Positions 13,516 through 26,359 of a DNA stretch of 64,000 bases are shown in pieces. Every line of letters begins with the position of its first letter. Position 1 is the stretch's first letter. Under the pieces are notes generated by a model, which was given only the letters and a program-made list of their open reading frames with translations, did no database searches and was not told the origin of the DNA. The DNA comes from Vicugna vicugna (Eukaryota), in NCBI GenBank assembly GCA_013265495.1, contig MU058844.1, positions 11,244,184 through 11,308,183 of the forward strand, written 5' to 3'. The position numbers were made by a program, and so were the translations under genes.

Positions 13516-14743
13516 ATGGATCAAAGACTTAAACAGAAGACAAGACACAATAAACTTCCTAGAAGAAAATATAGGCAAAACATTTTCCGACATACATCTC
13601 AAAAATGTTCTCCTAGGGCAGTCTATCCAAGAATAGAAATAAAAGCAAGAATAAACAAATGGGACCTAATTAAATTTACAAGCTTCTGCACAGCAAAGGA
13701 AACCATAAGTAAAACAAAACGACAACCTACGGAATGGGAGAAAATTTTTGCAGAATATATAAGCAGCTCATACGACTTAATAAGAAAAATACAAACAACC
13801 CAATCCAAAAATAGGCAGAAGACCTAAACAAGCAATTCTCCAAGGAAGAAATACAAATGATCAACAGGCACATGAAAAAATGCTCAATATCACTAATTAT
13901 CAGAGAAATGCAAATCAAAACTACAATGAGGTATTACCTCACACCAGTCAGAATGGCCATCATTCAAAAGTCCACGAATGACAAATGCTGGAGAGGCTGT
14001 GGAGAAAAGGGAACCCTCCTACACTGCTGGTGGGAATGCAGTTGGTGCAGCCACTGTGGAAAACAGTATGGAGATTCCTCAAAAGACTAGGAATAGACTT
14101 ACCATATGACCCAGTCATCCCGCTCCTGGGCATATATCCAGAAGGGACCCTACTTCAAAAACAGACCTGCACCCCAGTGTTCATAACAGCACTATTTACA
14201 ATAGCCAAGTCATGGAAACAGCCTAAATGTCCATTGACAGATGACTGGATAAAGAAGATGTGCTATATTTATACAATGGAATACTATTCAGCCACAAAAA
14301 TGACAACATAATGCCATTTGCAGCAACATGGATGTCCGTGGAGAAAGTCATTCTAAGTGAAGTAAGCCAGAAAGAGAAAGAAAAATACCATATAAGATAG
14401 CTCATATGTGGAATCTTAAAAAAAAAAAAAGAATATAAATACAAAACAGAAACAGACTCATAGACATAGAATACAAACTTGTGGTTTCCAAGGGGGCGGG
14501 GGGTGGGAAGGGACAGACTGGGAGTTCAAAATTTGTAGATACTGACAGGCATATGCAGAATAGATAAACAAGATTATACTGTATAGCACAGGGAAATATA
14601 TATAAGATCTTGCGGCAGCTAAAAAAAAAATGTGACAATGAATATATGTATGTTCATGTATAACTGAAAAATTGTGCTCTACACTGGAATTTGACACATT
14701 TTAAAATGACTATAACTCAATAAAAAATGTTAAAATAATTTTT
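13516..14743 (+). mobile_element. 5'-truncated, relatively young L1 (ORF2 C-terminus + 3' UTR)
   Basis: ORF fragments [57 protein letters not shown]; 14-bp TSD aaaaaagagtgaaa at 13502-13515 and 14744-14757; frameshifted. Confidence 0.95.
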
Positions 14744-17619
14744 AAAAAAGAGTGAAACCCACGAAGTACTCGAATTCCATTGAGGCATGAGGTTGCAAAT
14801 TCTACAGACAAAACTTTAAGCACTTCATTGTAAACATTTCTAAAAGAGAATTGTTGTTTCTGTTTCTTTCTTTACTCCAAATATTTCCCTCAAGCCACTC
14901 CCCCTTCTCCTCTCTCCACATGAAACCAAAGACCTGGTCACATTACAATGTCAATGGTATTTGGCCCTTCCAAGTGGCACTGACATTGTAATATGTTTCT
15001 GTTTCTTGCTCTGCATGAACTTTTTAAATCATCTCGGCATCACAGTAGGTAGACCTCCAGAGCTGTTACTGCTCTGCTGCTGGAATTTGAGAAACTTCTC
15101 TGCCGTACAGAAGTCCTCTTCCTGGGTTCCACTGACTTACATTAGGCTCCCCCAAAACTGATGAGGACCCAGATCTGCCTAGAGTTAGATTTGATTTACT
15201 TGGCCTTTGTAATGTGGAGTTTGGATCTTTTTGTAATAAATGGTAACGGGTAGGGGGCATGTGGGATTTTCTACATTATACATTTAGGCCATACTAGATA
15301 TGGTACTCTGGGAGTATAATAGATTTGTTTAAATCAATAAATAGCATTTTGACAAATTCTATGAATAACATATGTGACGTCTTGGTAGTACGGCTTAGCA
15401 TCTTAAATATATTGCTATTAATAGAAAACCTGAATTTCATGTGTGAGCCTGATTCTGAAGGCATTCCCAAAGAGGAAATCACCACATGTCTATAATTCCC
15501 AAAATGATTACTTGAAAAATCACTTCAATTTAAAAATATGTTATTTCCTTTCCTCCCCAAAACATAGGATTTTATTGTCACACACACATATATATACCAA
15601 AGTAAATAAGTAGGCTAGACTATACTGACCATGCTATCTCAGATTTATAACATTATCTTCATTTTTTTGGATTTTTTTCATAGACCATGAGGTCTTCCAA
15701 GATATATGTAAAACATTTCTCCCAAATTCATTTATACTCTTGAGGATACCAAAGGTATGAAATTAGTTTTCTTCCCCCTTTTCTACAGCTCAAAGAGATT
15801 TGTAGAATAAATGCAACTATTAATTAATGTATATATTAACAATTTATTTCTCTAATTTTTTCTTTAATTTTAGGAAAGTATCAAGGAGCTGCAAAGTAGA
15901 AAGTTTATTTTCCCTTCAAAAAGCAAGATAAAGCTTCTAAGTTTCCTCCCACAACTATGTCTGCCCTAATTCTGTCCTACTTTTTACTGCACGAGGACAG
16001 TTTGGTCTTCCTCCCTATTAATTATTAGACTTGTTTGCAGAGATTGTCAGTGAGACTGTCGGTGAGAATGCCCATCAGGGCGTCTCTGAGTAAAAGTGCA
16101 ATAATTACACAGGATACTTTCACAACTGAAGAGACTTAAAATGTGAGACAAATGTACCATGAAGAAACAATCTAAAGTCTTTCTACATTTTAATCAATAC
16201 TCTGACTAGGAGGTGTAACCTGCAAAATCTCAGCCATTCTCTTTAGCCTAGAAAGATTCAACTGTTGTAAAACCTTTAAGAAATTCATCTCTGGCTTTAT
16301 AGACTGAGGCAGCCTTCTTGGGAAATATGGCTCCACTGAGAATAAATACAGCCACGATCAACTTGCAGTGTGACATATTTCACACTGGCAAATGATTTAG
16401 TTCTTTTAGTGGGTATTCAGAAAGAAAATTAAATTCACAACATTGGGGGCCAAATAATTTCTTCCTCAAGCCCCGTGGTATGCCCATGGTTATTGAAGTC
16501 CAACAAATAATTCAGGCTCTATTTGCCACTGTGGCAGTCAGGATTCAATTTAGTAATATTCCAGGGAGCTCAGCAATAGCAGTGTAGGGACAAGGCCCTT
16601 CGCTGGCATCAGAAGATGACTTAATTCTTGTCCAACGTGCACACCTGCTGCTTATCAAGGCAGAGATTATTGCTCTTCAGTGATCTTTGCCAACAAATCT
16701 TTGCCTGGAGTCTTCTGCCATGATTTGTTAGCTCTCTGACACAGACCTCATTACTCCCTGCATCGGCTTCTCCAGCTGCCTACACAGAACATTTGGTGAT
16801 GAGTTTATTTTAAACATGGTGGTGCAGACAATGGATGTTCTGAAGGTCAGAATTACTGAAGATATGTTTTCTTTTAGTTCCGATGCTACTGGCATGGTGG
16901 TGGATTATTACTTTTGCCCATTCCCCTACCTCTACCTCAGACAATTTGAGATGAATTTGTACGGTCTTCACTCATGGGAGCATGAAAACTCAGAACAACA
17001 CTGAGCTTCTAAAGTCAAGGCAATCTATGCTATTTCACACCAACATTTCCGAACAGCTATACAAGGCTTCTGAGGGTCAGCTTGGACACTTCTGTCTACC
17101 AAACTTAGTAGAAACTCGTACAAACTCATGGAAAACCATCACAGTGTCTCATACAAGTCCAAAAGAACTGAAAGAGGGAATGAACAGAACAGGAGAAAAA
17201 AGAACAGTCACAGGAAAAAGACAGAGGCAGTGTTTTAAAATCTCTCTCCTGGAGTAAAGTATACTTCCTTAGGAATGAAACTGGTAAAAGCTCTGTACAG
17301 AAAGCATAGACTTTGTGCAGTCGTATAGACAGAAAGTACCCTAAATTGGCAACAAAGCAAACAGCCATTTCACAATAGTGGCAGAAGCCAGATTACCTGT
17401 TACAAATGCATTTTCACTGCCAAAACCTTACAGAATCTGCCCTCAGCAAGATAATCAATGAGATCACTGGTACTAAACCCAAAGGTTGCTTTTAATTGTT
17501 CAGTTTACTTAAATTCTTTCAAGAGAAGTTGGCTTTTCTCTTTAAGTCCTCATGTTCCCAAAATTCTGTCTTCTCTCACCCTAAAGATTCTCTGTAGATT
17601 ACAAATCCTCTAATACTTT

Positions 17620-18260
17620 CAATCGATATCTAACTAGTGATGGTTACTTAATCTAAATGTCCAGCAGAGAACCTTCTCCTGAGTCCAGACTGCTGTTTCA
17701 GTTTTGCTACGTCACAGCTCCATCTGAATGTTTCACATGTGCCCATAATTATCATTTTTCTCACACAACTCCAACCCGCCCCTTCCTCTATGGTCCACGT
17801 GTTGGTGAATTACATATATTCACTCCACCGGCTGCTCAAGAGCTGCTGTGGTACAAGAGACAGATGTGGCCCCTGCCTTCCTTCAGGTTCAACCAGTGAA
17901 GAATAAGACTTGAAACGGAGTAACAGGTGTTAAGACTGGGACAAAAGCATGTCAACGTGCACACAGCATGTCAACGGGGTGGTTAAAATGACCTGGGCTG
18001 GGAGCGGGTCATCACTGATGCTCCCTCTTGCTTATTACCTCATATTTAGCACCGAGTCATATAATTCATAGCTCCTCACCCACCTCAATCCTTTCATTTC
18101 CCTCTAATCTCACTGTCCCCATTTTAGTTCAGGCTACCACCACCTTGTACTTAGATCACAACAAGCAACTCCTTTAACAGGTCTGCATCCTTCCCTTCCT
18201 CGTCTTCTCCCTGTTCTACAATATAACAGAAGCTTGGGGAATGATTGTTATTGTTGCTAT
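17620..18260 (+). mobile_element. Fragmented L2 remnant(s)
   Basis: ctcctgagtccagac..., caggctaccaccaccttgtacttagat...actcctttaacaggtct; an internal piece at ~17840-18000 looks oppositely oriented. Confidence 0.5.
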
Positions 18261-18559
18261 CATGTAAATATGCAGAAAAACTATTGTGGTTGTGACTGAA
18301 GAACCACCCTAAGGCACTTCTGTCATTGACTGGAGAACACGTGAGTGTACACCAAATGGCCAGCTGCTGAGAGAAAGCCTTGTCGCGCGTGTTAACGAAG
18401 CACAGCACAACCTTCTCTGTCGCACAAGCGGAAAGGAGAAACACTTAGCTGGCTGGAAGACTGCTTCACACACCCACAATGTTGTCACCTCTCTGAGTTT
18501 AATTAGAAACTTATATCCGGAAGAGCATGAAACAGATTAGATTTTCCCATCTAAAGATG

Positions 18560-18930
18560 TCCCAGTTGCCCCGTGTTTTCAGAAGAGCAGCAGAGAAGTT
18601 AGTTATGAGACGCATCCAGAGAGAGGGAACACCTACAGCTGGCTACACACAGGCAGCTGCTCCTGTCTGCGCCGAGGACACCCTTAAATGTCGCTGCTGG
18701 AACCCGCCAACTCAGACAGATGGGCAGTAGGCTGCTGGAAGGAGGACCTCCAATTACAAGGGGGACCTGCCCTTGACTGACCAGTGCACATTATGAGAGA
18801 AGTCACCCTGCTGAATCTGGTGTTGACAAATGAAGGAGTGTCTCCAGGAACCAGCTCTGATATGAAGAGTATTAAATTTCATAAATTTAGAAAAAGAAGA
18901 GCAGGGCAAAGTCAAGAGTCATGGTAACAC
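18560..18930 (+). mobile_element. Possible ancient CR1/L3 endonuclease-region fragment
   Basis: Frame from 18781 translates ...MREVTLLNLVLTNEGVSPGTSSDMKSIKF, resembling CR1 EN motifs (TRG..LLDLVLTN...SDH..I.F). Confidence 0.4.
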
Positions 18931-19104
18931 AGACTCCTTTTCCTTCAGTTGCTCCTTAAAATTTCCATTCCTCAAGGACAGCTTTTGTGTACAAATTCCA
19001 CAGATGGGTCTATTCTGAACCCACGCCCAGACTCAAGTACACATACACATTCTCTTTCCCAACTCCTGTGCTAAGCTTATACCAACACAAAAACTTCTAT
19101 GCAT

Positions 19105-19260
19105 TTGGTCATTTAACTCACCCAGCATTTGCTGAGTACCTACTATGTTCCAAGCACAGTTCCAAGTACTGAGGTAAAGAATCAAACATCAAACCCACAG
19201 TCTCTAGACTCTCAAAGAGCAGATGATCCAGTTGGAAAGAGAGACCATAGATAATTACAT
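19105..19260 (-). mobile_element. L2 3' end
   Basis: catttaactcacccagcatttgctgagtacctactatgttccaagcacagttccaagtactgagg. Confidence 0.7.
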
Positions 19261-19479
19261 GTGTGATTACATTTAACCTTCAAAATAAAATTTCAGCTAT
19301 TTTCAACCCATTTTACTAGTGATGAACATAATGTTTTAAGATACTAAGCAAATAATTTGCCTAAGGTCATGCAGCTGGTGTGTGGTGAGCAGGGCTTGAA
19401 ATGTATGTCACCTCAGTGCCACAGGCTGCCATCCTAAATCCTGGGTTCTATTGCTGCCCCCACAACAAATGAGAGCTAG

Positions 19480-20385
19480 ACATCTCTCCTTGAGTGCCTC
19501 AAAGATACATCACATCCAGTACATGCCAGTCTAAACTCGTTGTACCTTTTCCTCAAACCTGCCCCCAATTTCTCTTTCAGAAAACAGCAAAATAGTCCAT
19601 TTTGGCTTTCCAAGCCCTAAACCTGAGAAAAACCATAGGTCCTCCTTTCTTTCGCACCTCAACCATAAAATCACATATCAAGTTCTATGGGTACGTACCT
19701 GCCTCATCTTCCATGTCCCCTTCTCCACATCAGGATTGCCATTCTTGTGTCTTAAACTCTCTTTCCTTCTCCCCACAGGGATTGTGATGGCGTCCTTGTG
19801 TCTGGGCCTCCAAACAATCCCTGTCCTCCCTCCAATCATCTACTGTGAAAGTCCCCAAACGCAAATTTGGTCATGTCACGCTTCTGCGGGGTCCCCACTC
19901 CATAAAAAAGAAGACCATTTTGGCTTTCCAAGCCCTAAACCTGAGAAAAACCATAGGTCCTCCTTTCTTTCACACCTCAATCATAAAATCACACATCAAG
20001 TTCTATGGGTACGTGCCTGCCTCCCTAGCTCAGTCCCTTCTGAGCCCTCTTTCTCTGTTTCAGTCTCTCTGCAGTGCTTCTAGTCCTCCAAGTTCAGTCT
20101 GCCCCTCCTACCTCTGTACACACACACTCAGACCCCTCTGCACAGAGGCACTCTGCCCCAGCTTTCTCAAACCAGCACTAAACTTGTTCCTCAAAATTCA
20201 GGTTAAGAATCAGCTCCTTCAGGAAGCTTCCTTCTCATCTCCATTCCAAATACTACAGCTCACCTCTTTGAGGTCTCATTTCACTACATATGCCATGAGT
20301 TCTGTAACACTGGCAATGTGCCTGTCTCCAAAGGACTTTCTTGAGGTCTGGCATCTGGCTTAATCAATGTGATTCTGAGTCTCGC
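19480..20385 (+). mobile_element. L2 remnant containing a 109-bp local duplication
   Basis: gacatctctccttgagtgcctcaaag..., tggtcatgtcacgcttctgc, cagctccttcaggaagcttcc are L2-like. Confidence 0.6.
19597..20023 (+). repeat. Direct repeat pair, 109 bp (19597-19705 and 19915-20023)
   Basis: Ungapped alignment at offset 318 with 4 mismatches. Confidence 0.95.
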
Positions 20386-20394
20386 AAAGCAACA

Positions 20395-20620
20395 GAGTAG
20401 GATGCTGTTGAAAGGATATGGGATCTGGAGTCAGAAAATCCATTTGTAAGTCCACACTCTTCCACTTAATAGCTGTATGATCTCAATCATCATTTAATCT
20501 CTTACCTTTAGTTTGCTCACCTGTTAAAAAGTAAATGATAATGATAAGAAATAATTTGTAGAAAAAATGAAATGAAACTCATCAAAGTATTTTTAATCTA
20601 CAAAATGCGATAAAAATATT
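20395..20620 (+). mobile_element. MIR SINE
   Basis: ggatctggagtcagaaa...ctcttccacttaatagctgtatgatctc...tagtttgctcacctgttaaaa. Confidence 0.7.
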
Positions 20621-21527
20621 ACTAGCCCATGACCCTGAGAACTCCTAGGAAACATACTGCATGGTTTGACATCTTTATATGATTCTTCCCCCTGCGTTGT
20701 CAAACCTAGCTTAGTACTGACCTGGTACAAAGTTAGAGTTTGATAAAAATATATATTTTTGAACTAATAGAAAAGTATGCTGTTTACTTTAAAATCTGGA
20801 TAGATTTTTTTTTTTTGGTGTAAAATTTCACCAGAAAGGGAAAATTCACTGTAAGAAGCATGAACACTTAAAAAATTAAATTCAGCACATTAAAACTCTT
20901 AGAAAGTAAAAAGAGTAAAAGAGACAGAAATAATAAAGTTCATGAAGGTCTACTACAGTGTGATTCTGGTGGCTTTTTGGACGGGGTACAATTCAAAGTA
21001 AAAGCAAGCTGAATTTGAAGAACTTCTCAGAGCTCGCCCTGGGCAGAATGGAGTACACATTCTGTTCATAATTTTGTCTAAAAGTCTGTGGCCATTTTCA
21101 CTACCTGCAAACCCTTTTTCTCATCTAGAGGTTCCTGTAGTCTTGCTTCCGGGTATCTTCCTAGAACTGGCGTTTCTAAAGATTTCTCATTATCTCTGAC
21201 TGTCCCCCTCTTACTCACTCAGCTATGCTTCTGTCTCTATGTTATTTTTAGCAAGTTATGATACAAAATCTATTATATCTATCAACTCGAGCAAAAACAT
21301 TTGTTAGCAACACAGAATATGCTAGATTTTAGGAAATCCAGTATGGGTAAGATACATCCTTGTTTTGGGGACTAGCTCAACACTGTTTTAGGTAGTGCAG
21401 ATAATTTACAATATATGGTCTGATAAATACATTACAGGACACAAAGCAAAACACTGTGAGAACACCAAGGAAAGGGCAGCTCACCATGCTGGAGAATTTG
21501 AGGAAGGCTCCATAGAGGAAGTGATTT

Positions 21528-22764
21528 CTTTTAATTGCAGTATAGTTGATTTACAATATTATTGCTGATTTACAATATTATATTAGCTTAAGGTGTACAA
21601 CATAGTAATTCAATATTTTTACATTATACTCCATTTAAAGTTATTACAAAATAATGGCAATATATCCTTGTGCTATACAATATATCCTTGTTGATTGTTT
21701 ATTTTATATGGAGTAGTTGGAATCTAAATTCCCTACTTCCTATTTTGTCCCACCCCGCTTCCCTCTCCCCACTGGTAACGACCAGTTTGTTCTCTACATC
21801 TATGAGTCTATTTCTATTTTGTTATATTTATTCATTTTATTTTTTAGACTCCACATGTAAATGATAACATACTGTACTTGTCTTTGGCTGTTGGACTTAT
21901 TTCACTAAGCAGTAATACCCTCTAATTCCACTGATGTTGAGGCAAATGGCAGAATTTCACTCTTTTTATGGCTGAGTAATATTCCATTGTATATATACAT
22001 ATATATATATACACATATACACACACACTATCTCTTTTTTATTCATTCATCTGTTGACGGACACTTAGGTAGCTTACATATCTTGGCTACTATAAATAAT
22101 GCTGTGAATACTAGAGTGTGTTTCTTTTTGAATTAGTTATTTCATTGTCTTGGGCTATATATATATCCAGGAAAGTTCTGGATCACATGGTAGTTCTATG
22201 TTTAGTTTTTTGAGGAATCTCCATACTGTCCACCATAGTGCCTGCACCAATTTGCATTCCCACCAACAGTGTAGGAGGATTCTCTTTTCTCCATATCCCC
22301 TCGAACACCTGCTATTCGTGGACTTTTGAAGACAGCTATTTTGATAGGTATGAGGTAATACCTCACTGCGGTTTTGAGTTGCATTTCTCTCATGATTAAC
22401 AATACTGGGCATCTTTCATGTGCCTGTTGATCATCTTTGTGTCTTCTTTAGGAAAATGTCTTTTCAGGTCTTCTACCCATTTTTTAATGGGGTTGTTTTT
22501 GATAGTGAGTTGTATGAGCTGTTTATATATTTTGGATATTAACTCCTTATCAATCATATTATTTATGTGCAAATATTTTCTCCCATTCTGTAAGTTGTCT
22601 TTTCCTTTTGTTAATGGTTTCCTATGCTGTGCAAACACTTTTAAGTTTAAGTCTCATTTGTTTATTTTTGCTTTTGTTTCTTTTGCCTTAGGAGACAGAT
22701 CCAAAAAATATTGCTACAATTTCCCCCTATGAGTGTAGTAGGTTCTCTTTTAGGAGTTTTATGC
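21528..22764 (-). mobile_element. 5'-truncated L1 (ORF2 C-terminus + 3' UTR) inserted into an L2
   Basis: Antisense ORF fragments [27 protein letters not shown]; 14-bp TSD agaggaagtgattt at 21514-21527 and 22765-22778. Confidence 0.95.
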
Positions 22765-24764
22765 AGAGGAAGTGATTTTAAGCTGGGTTTTGGAGGGGGA
22801 GTGCAAATTTGTCAGATAAAGTCTGTAGTATGTAGGAAGGGAGAGAAATGTGCATTCCGGGCAGAAAGAATCACACTTCCAAAGGCCTAGAGACATGACA
22901 GGGCACAACATATTTATAAGATAGTTGGAAAATTAATATGTTTTAAATATTCTGAACCTAACTAAGGATGTCTCTAGTGGTAGAGTACTGGACTCCTTAA
23001 GAGAGTACAATGGGGCAGTTTTGGATTATGTACATAAGGATTATTTTTGGCTTAGGGAAATATGCAACATGGACAATGACCTAAACCTGTCCCCATCGTC
23101 ATCTTCCTCAATCATCCCCCCACCTGCAGCCTGAAACATGCCTCCCCTGTCAATTTATTCTAGCATCACAGTCCATCTTATACTACAACTGGTTAACCTC
23201 ATGTCTGTCTCTTCCATGTATACAATCTCACCCACTCTGTCCTTTCTACTGTACTTAAGTTTACAAACATACATCAAACTAAACAAAGATGTGTCTCGTT
23301 TAATTAAACTCCAACAAACAATAATAAATATATGCATGGCCATTTAACACGGCACTCGTGCTTTCTCCTGATTCACCTTTTCAATACCCAGTGAGGTGTA
23401 CTGGGTATAACCATCATTCTCATTGAATAGTTGAGTAAACTGACACAGGAAAATCTTCATCTTGTTCCTTATAAAATAAGCATCTTTAAACAATATTTAT
23501 TTATGTTGTTTTTTTTAAATCTACATTCCTATGCAAATTTATCTGAAAATAAGGATGCTCTTTTCCAAATGTGTAAAATCCCTTAGTATTTGTGAATGTG
23601 TGTTACATTTTACAATGAAAATCTTTAGTAGATGCATTATACTAAATGATTCCTCCTAAGGAGGAAATAAAAGCAAAATTTTTGAAATGATGATCATACA
23701 CTAAAATTTCCTCTGTGTTTGTTCTAGGAAATGTGAGCCCTCTGGACCATGTAAGCAGTTCGGGTTGTGTCTGCAGACATACAGCAGAACAGAAGGTACC
23801 AAAATGTGCAATTTGCTGTGACCCGCTTACAAAGTTTTTTGGAGTCAGGGATGCAGGAATTTCAGGGCTAAGCCTCTCCTGAGAGTCATCTTAAAGCCAC
23901 AGGTTCTCACTTCTTCTGTGATGTGTACTTCTATGGCATTCTCTTTGCTGTACAAGAAATGCATCAGTGTACTACAGTTTCATCAGTGAGAACCACCTAC
24001 TTAATTTTTTTGATTATTTAGGGTTCAGATGAATGTTTAGGTTACTACAGAAAAAAGATTAAAGGGCATATTAATACATTACACTTCTATCAATATCTTT
24101 CAAACTATGAGGGAAATCAAATTTTTAAATCCTAAGTGCAACACCTATATTAAATGTAGTAACTATATTAATTATAATTTATACTCATTTATCTGTTGAA
24201 GCAATTTATTTTACAGAATAAATGTACTTTTTTTCTATCAAGGTCATATTTTATTAAATTTTTTATTTAATGCCTTATAAATTTTTATTTAAAATATCCT
24301 ATAATTCAATATTAGAGTTATTTCCTTAATTATCTAGATAGATGAGACATAACTTTGCTTTGAGTGAAACTTGTGTCTGGTTTCATGGATTCATCACCAT
24401 TATCCTCCTTAAAGTCTGGTACCATCCATCTCCTGTTTTAGTAATGACATGAAGCCCCTGTTGGGCATACCAGTTAATTGTTTTATCCAACTTCTAAAAC
24501 TACCTGGGGAACTTCTAAATTAGCCTTGTGTTTCTCTTAGGTATGGACTATTCCCTAGGACTTTGTTGTCTACTATTGAGAAAAAGTAGAGTAAGTATAG
24601 ACATTAAACTTGATGAGAATCTATGCAAATTTGGTCATTCAAACAGAATTAGATGAAACAGCTGATTTGCTCCATGGTTTAGGAGCTACTCAAAAGTTAA
24701 TCAAAATACTCCTACCCTCTAAGTTTTACAGTGTGAAAAACATTTATGCACAGGTAGATTAAAG

Positions 24765-24995
24765 AAACATTCAATCTTAAAGTTGAAACAGAGCTTCAAG
24801 TCCTCCAATATAAAACAACAAGGAGTCTTTATGAGAGTCCTCCAGTTGGTAATGAGCTCTTACTTAACTATTTTCTTTAACGACAGTTGGTGAAGGGGGA
24901 CTCATTGCTTCCTCAGATGATCAATTCCTTTCAAAAAGCTCTAATTGTGAAAGAGTTTTTCTTTATGATCCAATCCAGCTTACCGTAATTTTACA
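24765..24995 (-). mobile_element. L3/CR1 3' remnant
   Basis: ggtgaagggggactcattgcttcc...agctctaattgtgaaagagtttttcttta matches antisense L3 3' region. Confidence 0.55.
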
Positions 24996-25139
24996 GACAA
25001 ATAAAGTGATTTGATTCCTTTTCCACTATTAGTGGGTGAAGATACCTATTCTTCAAGCACAAAGGTACATAATTAATGACCTCAGTATCTGTTTATTGTG
25101 AATTTGTAATTTAATAGAGACTCCTTTCCTATGTCAAAT

Positions 25140-25930
25140 ATAATACATCTATTATAAACACAGTCCAGGGACCATAAACACACTAGTTTGCAGTGAAGAA
25201 AAAAGTAAAAACCACATTTAAAATTTTAACATGGTTAGTAAATTAATACATTTAAAAGACACGTCTCAGTTCAATGGAGTGGCAGTTATTTAATGAGTTG
25301 TTTGGAATATATAATTAGTAATCTAAAAAAGATTTAGTTTGGTTCTTTACATAGCATCATATACCAAATAAACTGACTTTTAACCAAGTAGCTAAATGTA
25401 AACACTAGCCTTCAGCCAAACAAGAAAAAAACTGTTAAATATCTTCAGGGTAAGAAATTTCTTAATCTACAAGCAAGAGAAAAGAATCCGAAAGGAAAGC
25501 GTATACAGATTCAAATACATAAAAGGTGTAAATTATAGCATTAAAAAAAAACCCCACTAGAATTTAAAGCTGAACAAAGTAGGAAAAATAGTGACAGCAA
25601 ATATGATAGACCAAAGGTTAATCTATTATCTAAAAAAGCTCATAAAATGAATAGGAAAAAACTTTCTAAAAGCAGAAATACAAATAATTAGCAAATACTT
25701 GGGAAAATGTTCATTACTACAAGTAATCAAAATAACAAAAAAGTTGTCTATTAGCAATAATTAAACATTATAAAACTTAAGCTAGGCAAAGCCTTTACTG
25801 TACATTGGTGTAATTCTTTTGAATTTGTATTTGGCACTATGTACAAAAACAATACATATATACACGTAGTGGCAAAATAAGTGTTTTGAAATTATCCTGA
25901 GGAAATACTCTAAATATGGAGAAAAATGAT
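25140..25930 (+). mobile_element. Old L1M (L1ME-like) ORF2 3' remnant
   Basis: A-rich; catcatataccaaataaa, gggaaaatgttcattactacaagtaatcaaa, aattatcctgaggaaatactc. Confidence 0.6.
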
Positions 25931-26295
25931 ATTCAATGGTGCTGATCATTTTGAGTCACCAAGCCATGCAGTCTGATTAATTTATGTATTAAAATTTATA
26001 TGTATTATATGTATTATGTATTAAATGTATTATAATTAATACATAATTATAATTAATACATATAATTAAAAATTATATGTATTAAAATTTATGACTCCAT
26101 AAGGGTGGAGGCAAAGCGTCCAGTTAGGATGGAAACTTTCTGGATAACCAGGTAATACAGGATAATGGTTTCAATGAGGGTAGTTGCACTGGGGATGGTG
26201 AGAAGTAGTCAGATGCTGGATATTTTGAAGATAGAGATGAACAGATAGATTGCAGGTATCCGAGAAAAAGAGCAGGGAGGATGACACCAAGGTTT

Positions 26296-26322
26296 TGTGT
26301 GTGTGTGTGTGTGTGTGTGTGT
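26296..26322. repeat. (TG)n microsatellite
   Basis: About 13 uninterrupted TG units. Confidence 0.95.
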
Positions 26323-26359
26323 AATTATGAACAGAAAATTACTTAATAAAAGTTTATAT

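Noticed and set aside
13510..14311. ORFs of 77-108 aa with protein-like content
   Set aside because: Frameshifted pieces of L1 ORF2, not host genes.
16056..16066. ctgtcggtgag, identical to the 3' half of miR-181a
   Set aside because: Seed and 5' half absent, no hairpin; part of a short tandem tgtcagtgaga/tgtcggtgaga.
19845..20363. Longest ORF in the window (172 aa) sharing a peptide with the ORF at 19602
   Set aside because: Non-ATG start, lies in L2 remnant; the shared peptide is just the 109-bp DNA duplication.
21547..21581. 16-bp repeat at 19-bp period in L1 3' end; similar micro-duplications at 17947-17977 and ~8853-8884
   Set aside because: Ordinary slippage-scale indels.
23705..23756. 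Possible 23-nt exon (ttctag|gaaatg...ccat|gtaagc)
   Set aside because: Isolated splice-like pair without recognisable coding content.
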